Source: Octopus vulgaris
Lineage: Eukaryota
Direction: 5' to 3'
DNA: 64,000 bases
NCBI GenBank assembly: GCA_951406725.2
Contig: OX597820.1
Span: 54,870,001 to 54,934,000 of the forward strand
Position 1 is the stretch's first letter. Every line of letters starts with the position of its first letter. Of this stretch, positions 53,471 to 64,000 are shown piece by piece. Made by a program: the position numbers and the translations under genes. Below the pieces are notes generated by a model. The model did not search any database and had not been told where the DNA came from. It saw nothing but the letters and a program-made list of their open reading frames with translations.

Positions 53471-54273
53471 ACATATATATATATTTCAAATCTTTCAAAT
53501 CTTTATTATAATGATCAGTAGAAACCACTTGGAGGTGATTCTTCTACTAGTCTGTCTGTCTCTGCAGTTTTGTAGAACAAACCTAAAAGTACCCAATATA
53601 ATAGGATTTTACAGAATCTGATATAAGTGTGTAATATATGTGATAAACAGGATTCCATACCCAACTTAAAAGTTCCATGCAATCAACCTTTATACTCAAT
53701 TATACTTAGTAGTAGATTGAGCACAGTGGATTATAACTTCCATTGCACAAAACCTTAACATTTGAATGTATGTAATACTGTTTAAATACTGGTTTCTAAC
53801 ACTTGTACTAAACAACACATTTTGGAGTGAGGGTATGACTGGTTAAATTGATCCCAGTATTTGAATGGTACTTTATTTTATCAACCTTGGAATGACAAAA
53901 GGCAGGATTTGAAGCTTGAGTGATGCTCTAACAAAATCTGGTGACCTATTGTCCTAATATACTGGTTTCTAATTTTGGCACAAGGCCAGCAATTTTAGGA
54001 GTTGGGGGACGGTTGATTACATTGGTCCTACTATTCAGCTGGTACTTATTTTATTAACCCCATAAGGATGAAATCAAAGTTGATCAAAGTGGAATTTGAA
54101 CTTGAAGAGCCAGAAGAAATGTCACTAAGCACTTCGTCTGATGTGCTACCAATCTTGCCAGCTCACTGCCTTATTCTTCTTAAATATTACAAATACATAC
54201 ACATGTTTATATTTTAAATGATTGATATGGAAGACAGAGTGTACTGGAAGCTTTAAGTATTATATGTTTTTAT

Positions 54274-54322
<49 letters not shown>

Positions 54323-54645
54323 TAAATGAAAGAATGGAGTCAAACGAAGATGTTAACAAAATTCCTTATGCACCCTTTATTCCTTCGGAATGAAAATATG
54401 CTGTCTTTGAAACATGTGTCGAGAGTAAAGGAATTTTGTTAACATCTTCGTTCGACTCCATTCTTTCATTTATTCATATACAACACACAAATTTCTACAC
54501 ATGAACCCTGAGTTTCTACCCTTGACAGGTCGCTTCAACGGTGTTTTCTGACTTGAATTTGCTACCCAGGTTTCGGTTAAACGAATTTTCCATGCTGACA
54601 ATAAACATAGGATAATTCATTCACCTACTTAAATATATATATATA

Positions 54646-54935
54646 TCATCATCATCATCATCATCATCGTTTAACGTCCGTTCTCCATGCTAGCATGGGT
54701 TGGACGGTTCGACCGGGGATCTGGGAAGCCAGAAGGCTGCACCAGGCTCCGGTCTTATCTGGCAATGTTTCTACAGCTGGATGCCCTTCCTAATGCCAAC
54801 CACTCCGCGAGTGTAGTGGGTGCTTTTTACGTGCCACTTGCACTGGAGCCAGGCGAGGCTGACATCGGCCACGGTCGCATTGGTGCAATTTACGTGCCAC
54901 CTGCACGGAAGCCAGTCGAGGTGGCACTGGCTTCG
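54646..54935 (-). mobile_element. RTE 3' tail fragment
   Basis: (CAT)n tail plus conserved UTR, with about 1.5 repeat units. Confidence 0.75.
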
Positions 54936-57094
54936 TGAATGAATAAGTGATGACTGTTCATCCATCTTCAAAGAAGGCCATCACAGACTATTAGAAGAAT
55001 TGTATTTTTGGCAGTGGCTTTTTAGGCCTGTTAGCCTCCTACGTACATTTTGGTACACTTCTATCTTCTCACTCCTGCTTTTTCAGGAAATTACACCTCA
55101 ACATTTTCTGTAGTAAAAAAAAGAACAAAAAAAAAAACAAAGGCAGGAGAAGAGACCCCCAGCTCATGCCTCCTGTTTCTATTTATTTTACTTACTCAAA
55201 CTTATTTTGCTGTTGAGTGGAGGGTTGGAACAGATTAATTTGCTTAGCAACGATTTTCTGCTTTTCTTTTACGACCCACCCACCCATCTACCCAACCAAC
55301 CAACCAACCCTACAACTTCCTCAACATCATTGGTTATTGATTAAATGCAATTTGGGAAGCTGCTGCTTTTGTTGTTCCATGACTGTGTGTCTGCGTTGTA
55401 TTGTGTGTGTATGTGTGTGCGTGTGATAGTTTCATAATGTTTCTTTAAGGCTGATTTCCATTTTTATTAGCAATTTTATAGCAGTATTATTTTTTTCCTC
55501 CAAGTTGTTTTCCAGAATAACTAAATCATTCATTCAAAAATCCTTTTCTTGCGTCTTTTCTTCTTCTTCTTTGTTATCCTTTCGTTTTTAACCTCATTTT
55601 TAAGTATCTCCCTTCATTTCCTCACATTCCATTATCTTCTATGACACTGCACGTTTATTCTCTTCACCAGCCCACTGCCAAAATCTAAGGTTTCTGTGAT
55701 TTCTCACTGCTACCATAGTTGTAGTAACGTAGTTGTATATTTTGGACTTTCCTAATTCTAGTCGATATGTATGTAGTCGTTGTAACATTGTGTCGACTAT
55801 GATTGAACAAAGGCATTTAAACGACGATCATCTTTTTTTTTTTTTAACAGTGCACACTGAATTAAATTTATATTTAAGGGGTCTATTTGAGGGAAATTTG
55901 GTTGCTATTTCTTGCAGTTCGAACGACTACGTAGAGGCTTACTCGTTGATACTTAGTGTTCTGCAGTGTAACACTGTAGTTTATTGATGTCATGTTTAGC
56001 ATTTTCAATCAATCCTAATTGAGAGAGGTTTATGATCAAAGACATTCCAGTTGTGACATTTCTGTACTTTCGAAATTTTCCAGACCTTTCTTAAAAGTAG
56101 TGGTTTGTGTGATTTTTGTGAAATTGACCGCTATTTCTAGCAGGTCAATCGATCATGTGAAGTTGGCTTGTTTGACGTAGTGTTGTATTGCTTGCTTTTC
56201 AGTAGTGTTGTAACTGTTTAACCCCGAGTTGACCCTGATCAAGCAGACTTATAATTAGACATTCCACTCATGACTATCCTGTCTTTTACTCAAACATAAT
56301 ACATCATAGATTACATTATCCATTTTGTCCCTCTTTATTAAACTGACAGGTTGTAACTTGAGGGACATTTGGTAGCTATTTCTAGCTGGTTGACTAAACA
56401 CGGAGCTCCCTTCTGTGCTCGAGTTTTCCATGGTAATGTTACAGTGTGCAACATTCCAATATTGTCATGCCGTGGACTGCTTTTTTAAATCTTTTATTTG
56501 CACTACAGAGCGGTTTCACACAAGATGATTTCTCTATGGACCGGAAGATCACGCGCATAACAAAGAAAACACTATAAAATGCATAATATATCATTTAATT
56601 ATTACATACATAATGCAATAGTCAATAAAATAGTAATAAAGTCTATTCTTTCTGTGTGCCGGTATCTAATGATTCACTGCCTGGTGGTTTGGAACACCTG
56701 TGAAAGAATGTGGAATAGCAATACAGCGTTGAATTATGTACTGTACTGACTGTAATGTACTGATAGCGCTATAGTGAAAGTAGCATAGCATTGTATTGGA
56801 AAAATGCAATGTTGTCATGTTGTGAAGTACAGTGTTCTGATACTGTGAGTGCGGAGACAGTTGGTCTGGGATATGTGCAGGGGTGCTGCAAGAGTGTGTG
56901 TGTGTGTGTGTATGTGAGGGGAATGCTGCTAGTTATGTAAAGATTGAGGAGTATTTTTTAAATTTTTGACACGGTTTGAAGTGGGTTTATAAAAGCGAGC
57001 ACAGAACACATACGATAAATCTGTATTGTTTATCGACCAGAGTTTTTATGGATGTTATTAATACACCTCACCATCACAATATTTAATTTTTAAA

Positions 57095-57716
57095 ATTTTG
57101 TTTCATTCATTGCGCTGCGACCATGCTGGGGCACCGCCTTGAAAGGGTTTAGTCCAAACAATTATTTATTAAGTCTGATATTTATTCTACTGCCTCCTTA
57201 GCCGAACTGCTAAGGGGAATGTAAACAAACTAACACCAGTGGTGGGGAGGGCAAATACACACAATGGACTTCCACACAGTTTTTGTCTACCAAATTCCCT
57301 CACATACCTAAAGTGCCATGTAGTGGGACTGAGCTTGAAACCACGTTTTGCAAAGCAAGCTTCTTAACCAGCCATACATCTTTTACTCATTTCATCGACC
57401 CCAGGACTTATTCTTTGTAAGCCTACTACTTATTCTATCGGTCCCTTTTGCCGAACCGCTAAGTTACGGGGACGTAAATACACCAGCATCAGTGGGCGGG
57501 GGGGACAGACACAGACACATAAACACACACACACAAATATATATATACATATATACGATGAGCCTGTTTCAGTTTCCATCAACTAAATTCACTAACAAGG
57601 CTTTGGTCGGCCCGAGGCTATAGTAGAAGACACTTGCCTAAGATGCTACACAGTGGGACTGAACCCGGAACCATGTGGTTGGTAAGCAAGCTACTTACCA
57701 CACAGCCACTCCTGTG
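57095..57716 (-). mobile_element. Two tandem OR-type SINE copies
   Basis: Reverse complement of the 62733-63143 family. Confidence 0.75.
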
Positions 57717-59683
57717 CTATTGATATTTTTATTTTATATATTGACATGAGGTGACAGTACATACTTAGTGTTAATTTTATCGATATTAAAAGGACTTGAG
57801 CTCAAAATATAACTTGGGACAAATCTAAATACTGTAAAGTATTTTAGTTAAGCACAATCGATTTCCGTCACTTCGATTAAATCAACTTATCTAAATTTCG
57901 AAAAGTTCTTTTGTGTATGATTTGCACTAAAATACTTGTTAATTTTGCAATGTTTATTCTAATCATTTCGCTGGCTTGTTCTTTACCTTGGGATTCTGTT
58001 TTAACGATTCTACCAATCCACTACTCTGTAATTACTTCTAACATAGGCACAAAAGCACAGATTTGAATTGAGGGTATTAGTCAACTCTTGTACCTGTTGC
58101 TAGTTTTTGTTTTTTTATCAGCCTTTGAAGAGAATGAAAGGTATAAAATGTTGACCTTAGTAGGATTTGAACACAGAATGTAGAGAGAAGGGCAAATAGT
58201 ATAGCACATTTTGATCAACAATGATTCTGCCACTTCACCACCCTTTATAATAATCTTTTCTGCTATAAGCACAAGGCCTGGATTTTTGTGGTGGGAGGAG
58301 GGGACAATCAATCATAGACCCCAGTATGTGACTGGTACTTAATTTATCAATCTCGAAAGGATGAAAGGCAAAGTCCACCTTGGTGGAATTTGAACTCAGA
58401 ATGTAGCAACAGATGAAATACTGCTAAGTATTTCACCTGGCATGCTAAATCCTTTCTACCATAAGCACAAGGCCTGAAATTTTTTTTTTTTTTTGGGGCG
58501 GGCAGTTGATTTAACATCCCAAATTCTCAGACACTTATTGTCTGAATGAAACAAACCCAGAATAGCCTTAAACAGGAATGAGGAACCTTTAACCTGAAGG
58601 TAATATTTAACCTGCTTTCAGATTTGAAACTGTTAGCTGATAAAGTTTTAAAATGCTCATGAAAAAGAGGGTTAAACCTGAAGCTCAAAGCAGTTATTTA
58701 GTATAAGTTACATATCTATTAATATAAGTTACACATCTATGATTTGCAGAATTAAAGATTATTATTTTTCTCAGCACTCCTACAGGTATTATTTTTCCCC
58801 TGTTCTTTTCTTACCTCACAAGTTACTTTGTATTCTCACCAATGTCCATGGCATGGAAAAAAAGCATCCAGTACACACTGTAAAGTGGTTGGCATTAGGA
58901 AGGTTACCAGTTGTAGAAACCATGCCAAAGTTGACATTGGAGCTTGACACATCTCTGCAGCTGGCTGCAGTCTGTTAAATTGTCCAACTCCTGTCAGTAT
59001 CGAAAATAGATGTTAAATAATGATGATGATTCTAAAGGTTTCTCAAATTGCTGCTCAGTGGGGTTTCTTGACCTACTAAAAATATGCTATTAATTAAGCG
59101 TAATGTCTTAAAGAAAAACAAGAGACACATTGGATAATGTAGTTCTGGACATATTAAAAAGACATAATGACTGCCTTTGCTTATAGTTCTGCTTGACCCT
59201 GCCTGACCTTATGCTAAGCAACAACACTAGACACACACCAGGGCTTGTACACTTCTTACAGATGTGAAATATCATCCTCTTGTGCAGAGTCTTCATTCTC
59301 CACAAAAAACCACAAAAGTTTCTTCTCTAGGGTTAAAACCTATTTCAGTTGAGAACAATTTGTAACCCTTTAGTACATCTCTTAACCTGTTAGGTCATAT
59401 GGGCACCTGTAAAGTCTCTGTCTTTAAGTAGTGTATCTAGGGCATGTGGGCTTCATAATGATTGTCCTAGTACAAGCTATATCCATTTGTAAAGTTTAAT
59501 GAGTATTATAAGGTAATAAAATTTTTAATATGACTGTTGATTAGTAAAAGACATTGAAGTCAATTTTACCTTTCACCTTTCTGTAGGAAGTAGACTAAGT
59601 ATGAGTCTAGTTTTAGTCCAACTGATTGTTCCCTCTGCCACAATATGGCCTTGTTCCTACATTAGATATCAATAATATTAATA

Positions 59684-60078
59684 GTTAAGTTAAGTTAATT
59701 TTTTGGCTCAAAACGCAAAAAGCTAGGCCATGTAGGAGGACATGGAGTTATGTACAGGGAGGGTGTTCATGCAAAGAGTTCAGGCCATTTCTGGTCAAGA
59801 GAGACTTTGAACGAGCGGTTGTCGGCATCTTCACTATCTCATCCGGCAGCTTATTCCACGGATCCGCAACCCGGACTGAGAAAGCCCCTCTCCTTCGATT
59901 GAGATGAAATCGTCGTAGATAGAGCTTTTCGGAGTGACGCCGCAGCCGACACTCTGGAGCAGGAGTGAAGAACAGCTCTTTTGAGAGGTTACACTTTCCG
60001 CTTATGATGTTGTGAGCAAGAATGAGATCACCACGGCGTCGTCGTTTTTCTAGAGAATAAAGGTCGAGCGTCTTCAGC
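59684..60078 (-). mobile_element. Young CR1 LINE 3' end
   Basis: LKTLDLYSLEKRRRRGDLI...FSVRVADPWNKLP (CR1 C-terminus) and a short (TAACT)n tail; CpGs retained. Confidence 0.88.
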
Positions 60079-61196
60079 CAAGGCAGCAAGCTGACCGAAT
60101 CATTAGCATGAAGGGCAAAATGCTTGGTGGCATTTCATCAATCTTTACATTCTGAGTTCAAATTCTATCGAGATCCAACTTTGCTTTTCATCCATTCAGG
60201 GTCAATAAAGTAAGTACCAGTTGAGCATTGGGGTCGATTTAATCAATTTAGCTCTTTCCCTCAAAACTGATGGCCTTGTGCTAAAGTTTGAAATCAATAT
60301 TCTTTTCTACTCTAGGCACAAGGGAGAGGGGGTCCACTTGGTTAGATCAACCCCAGTACACAATTGGTACTTAATTTATCGACCCCCCCACCCCCCCAAA
60401 GGATGAAAGTTAAAGTTGCCCTTGGCAGAATTTGAACTCAACGTAACGACAGACAAAATACAGCTAAGCATTTCACCCAGTGTGCTAATGTTTCTGCCAG
60501 CTCGTCGCCTTAATTTGATACCAATATTACTAATGTTCTTATTGTTGTTACTACTACTGCACACAGTAGTACATATTTACAACTAGGTGGACTGGACCAG
60601 TGAAAGCTAAGCACTTGAGTAGCAAACATAATGTGGTGTTAGCACTTTACCATAAACAGATATGTCTGACTTTGTGATACTACTTACATAGCATGGATGA
60701 TGTACCCATTTACCTGTCTTGTTTTCTTATTTCTATCTACATCCTCCTCTTTTGTATGTTAGTCTTTGCCCCCACAAAAAAACATCATCATCAATTCAGT
60801 GGGAAATCATCATTCTTTTGTAGCTTGTCCATCTTCTCTTACACCAGTCTCTAACCCTTCCAAAATATACCCAGCTGATGCCTCTACCTGTTTTCCTACT
60901 TCCCCTCCACCTGTCAAAACTGTGTTGTTACATTCCATACCCTGAACTGAATATTTTCTTTCTTATATTTTTTTCTCGGAACTATTTCCCTTTGGAGATT
61001 TCCAAACCTTTCCAAAGACACTACTAACTTGGATCTTATAATACTACAAATACTTCATATAGAAGAAGCTTGCTTCCCAACCATATGTTTTGATCAGCCC
61101 CATTATGTGGCACCTTGAGCAAATGTCTTTTACTATAGCCTGAGGCCAACTAAAGCCTTAAGTGGATTTTGTAGATGGAAATGGAAAGTAGCCGTT

Positions 61197-61634
61197 CATA
61201 TATGTATATGTGTGTGTATATGTGTGTATATGTATATGTGTGTATATATGTATATGTGTATGTGTATATATATGTGTATATGTGTATGTGTATATATATG
61301 TGTATGTATATATATGTATATGTGTATATATATGTATGTGTGTATATATATATACATGTGTGTATATATGTATATGTGTGTATATATATGTATATATATG
61401 TATATATATATGTGTGTGTGTGTGTGTATATATATGTATATGTGTATGTGTGTATATATATGTGTGTGTGTGTGTGTATATATATGTATATGTGTATGTG
61501 TGTATATATATGTATGTGTGTATATGTATGTGTGTATATATATGTATGTGTGTATATGTATGTGTGTATATGTATGTGTGTATATATATGAATGTGTGTA
61601 TATGTATGTGTGTATATATATGTATATGTGTGTG

Positions 61635-61667
<33 letters not shown>

Positions 61668-61790
61668 ATATATGTATATGTGTGTGTGTATATATATATA
61701 TATATGTATATGTGTGTGTGTATATATATATATATATATGCATATGTGTATATATGTATATGTGTGTATATATGTATATGTATATGTAAT
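61197..61790. repeat. Compound (TA)/(TG) microsatellite of about 600 bp
   Basis: TATG/TGTA/TATA mosaic directly following a SINE head at 61060-61197. Confidence 0.95.
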
Positions 61791-62323
61791 GTAGAACAAT
61801 CTTCAGCCACATATAGAATCTTTTGAATTAAATAGACAATGTACATTTTTATACTTATTTCATTTGCCAACATTACAAAGAGGGTAGATATATAGACAGA
61901 GAGGTTAATTTATTTCATCAATAAGAACTTGGTAGTAGAAGGTCCTTCTCCATCTGCAGACAGTACACTACACATGTTGCCATACAACATAGTTTTTCAT
62001 ATATACAGGAATTTGATTATGCAACGGTTTACCTGTTTAATTGGATCCAGTTGTATTTCTTCAGGTGATATTCAATTGTGTTAGCATCGATGTTGAAGGT
62101 TTTGTAACTAAGGGGGACAGCAATTGAATATCACCTTAAGAAATACAACTGGATCCCATTATACAGGTAAACCATTGCATAATCAAATTCTTGTATGTAT
62201 ATGTTGTATGGAAATGTGTAGTGATTAAAAAATAACTGTCCAACTGTACTCATTGTTGACTGTATCTTATTCAATCATATATATGTGTGTGCGTGTGTAT
62301 GTATATATGTGTATGTATGCATA

Positions 62324-62365
<42 letters not shown>

Positions 62366-62366
<1 letters not shown>

Positions 62367-62727
62367 TAGCAGTATCGCCCGGCGTTGCTCAGGTTTGTAA
62401 GGGAAATAACTATAAAGCATTTTTAGAGAGTTATAGCCAAAAAATAGCCCAAAAATTTTTTTGAGAGTTAAAAAAGGTGGAGTTGCGTCCCCTAGACAGT
62501 TTGCGGTTCGTGTTTCTGATCCTGGACCCATGTCGAATTTATTGATTTTTTTCAGAACTGGGGGAACTTTTCAAAATTTTCGCTGCGTTAGTTTTGAATT
62601 ATGACATTGGGCTATGTGTGTGTCAAGTTTCATCAGAATCGGTTGAAAGCCGTGGTCAGGGTGAGGGTACAAGCAAACAGACACACAGAAACATGCACAG
62701 ACAAACTGCCGTTTATATATAGAGAGA
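62366..62727 (-). mobile_element. Non-autonomous Helitron
   Basis: On the - strand it starts A|TC (TCTCTCTATATATAAA) and ends CTAG|T, with a subterminal GC-rich imperfect hairpin (CCCGGCGTTGCTCAGG). Confidence 0.7.
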
Positions 62728-62732
62728 TATAT

Positions 62733-63143
62733 AGGTGCAGGAGTGGCTGTGTGGTAAGTAGCTTGCTAACCAACCACATGGTTGCGGGTTCAGTCCCACT
62801 GCGTGACATCTTGGGCAAGTGTCTTCTGCTATAGCCCCGGGCCGACCAATGCCTTGTGAGTGGATTTGGTAGACGGAAACTGAAAGAAGCCTGTCGTATT
62901 TATGTATAAACATATATATGTATGTGTGTGTGTTTGTGTGTCTGTGTTTGTCCCCCTAGCATTGCTTGACAACCGATGCTGGTGTGTTTACGTCCCCGTC
63001 ACTTAGCGGTTCGGCAAAAGAGACTGATAGAATAAGTACTGGGCTTACAAAGAATAAGTCCCGGGGTCGATTTGCTCGACTAAAGGCGGTGCTCCAGCAT
63101 GGCCGCAGTCAAATGACTGAAACAAGTAAAAGAGTAAAGAGTA
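62733..63143 (+). mobile_element. Full-length octopus OR-type tRNA SINE
   Basis: Box A GTGGCTGTGTGGTAAG, box B GGTTCAGTCCC, CORE-like CTTGGGCAAGT, internal (TA/TG)n and (AAAAGAGT)n tail. Many partial copies occur across the window. Confidence 0.85.
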
Positions 63144-63298
63144 TATACCGGAGTAAGCATTTTAATGTGAAACAAGGTGGAAAAAAGAGTGCTCAAATAC
63201 CAGAGGTAGAGTAATATGCTTTATTTAAAAGCAGCAGAAATGTAACGAGCTGTTACTCAGAGTTTCACATTCCCGTTGGTCGGACAGTTTTGTTAAAA

Positions 63299-63336
63299 CT
63301 GTCCGACAAACGGGAACATGAAACTCTGAGTAACAG
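63299..63336 (+). ncRNA. Minimal type-I hammerhead ribozyme motif (Penelope-associated type), probably mutated; mirror copy on the - strand at 63250-63287
   Basis: CTGT-CCGACAA-ACG GGAA CAT-GAAA-CTC T GAG-TA|ACAG: stems I and III, an imperfect stem II and a GUA cleavage triplet in register; core G8 is substituted. Confidence 0.6.
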
Positions 63337-63373
63337 CTTTTGTTATATTTCTGGTGCTTTTAAATAAAGTGTG

Positions 63374-63413
<40 letters not shown>

Positions 63414-63416
63414 TAG

Positions 63417-63930
63417 AGTGCATCATTTTTCTTTCTGGCTTTACAGTGTAAGCATGGCTGCTCCACTAGCAATGTGCACCAAAGAGCAGTGATCCGAGAT
63501 AATGGTGAACTGGTTCACCATTACCATCTCTTGAGCTTGCTGAATCTTTTTGTTAGCAGTGGAGGCTGATGGGCGTCCTCCTTCATGCGTCATTTTTGTC
63601 TGGCCACTTTTAAACTTCTCAATCCATGCACCCTATACACACTTCTACGCAGTAGTGCACTGTCCTTGTATTGTGCTAATAGCCTCCAATGAATTTCAAC
63701 ACCTGATACACATTCCAACCAGAGAAACTGGATCATTACTCTTTGTTCTTCTTTGGTGCACATAGCTAGTGGAGTGGCCATGCTTACACTATAAAGCCTG
63801 AAAGAAAAAAATGGTGCGACCAGGCTTGAACTTTGATCATGTGACCACAACAGCACCAACTATAAGCATGCACTGAAAGCAGATAAAGATATGTTATGCC
63901 GTAAGTGGATCATTTTTGACTTCTCCTCAT
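63417..63930 (-). mobile_element. mariner 5' remnant with an inverted duplication of its 5' region
   Basis: MCTKEEQRVMIQFLWLECVSGVEIHWRLLAQY (mariner N-terminal HTH); 63417-63490 is the reverse complement of about 63745-63820. Confidence 0.7.
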
Positions 63931-63935
63931 ATATA

Positions 63936-63967
<32 letters not shown>

Positions 63968-64000
63968 GCTGTGGCTGTGTGATAAGTAGCTTGCTTACCA

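Noticed and set aside
56442-56700. Possible hAT/Charlie MITE
   Set aside because: Termini too decayed and no TSD to support a call.
59262-59365. Candidate phase-1 RUFY exon after CTTCTTACAG
   Set aside because: The translation (DVKYHPLVQSLHSP...) has no RUN similarity and reaches a stop without a convincing donor.
61150-61873. ORFs of about 200 aa rich in Y/I/H/T/V/C (also at 11.9, 29.3, 38.5 and 40.0 kb)
   Set aside because: Translations of (TA)/(TG) microsatellites.

Overview
AT-rich, repeat-dense eukaryotic DNA. The SINE families, RTE 3' tails and (TA)n/(AAT)n/(CAT)n microsatellites point to an octopus (coleoid cephalopod) genome; this is an inference from repeat content. The only recognisable host coding sequence is one + strand exon at 27142-27265 (MAQETIYLCNFRVSVDGDWLCLRELSD...ED|GTAAGT), matching the N-terminal motif of RUFY3/RUFY2-family proteins. 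I found no following RUN-domain exon, so about 37 kb downstream is probably one intron. The rest is degraded mobile DNA: RTE, CR1, CR1/L2/Jockey-group and Tx1-like LINE remnants, a Penelope GIY-YIG remnant, DD37D and mariner transposons, non-autonomous Helitrons, piggyBac- and hAT-like MITEs, and several tRNA-derived SINE families. The most interesting signals are: (1) fold-back palindromes, mostly in or beside (TA)n tracts, carrying minimal Penelope-type hammerhead ribozyme motifs; (2) a SINE 3' hairpin with hammerhead core strands in non-canonical order; (3) a 62-bp A/B higher-order minisatellite in an RTE 3' UTR; (4) an ATG-less in-frame extension and upstream ATGs at the RUFY exon; (5) a SINE-internal microsatellite that repeatedly hosts nested insertions. 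Nearly all ORF-track entries are microsatellite or repeat artefacts. Repeat boundaries are approximate.
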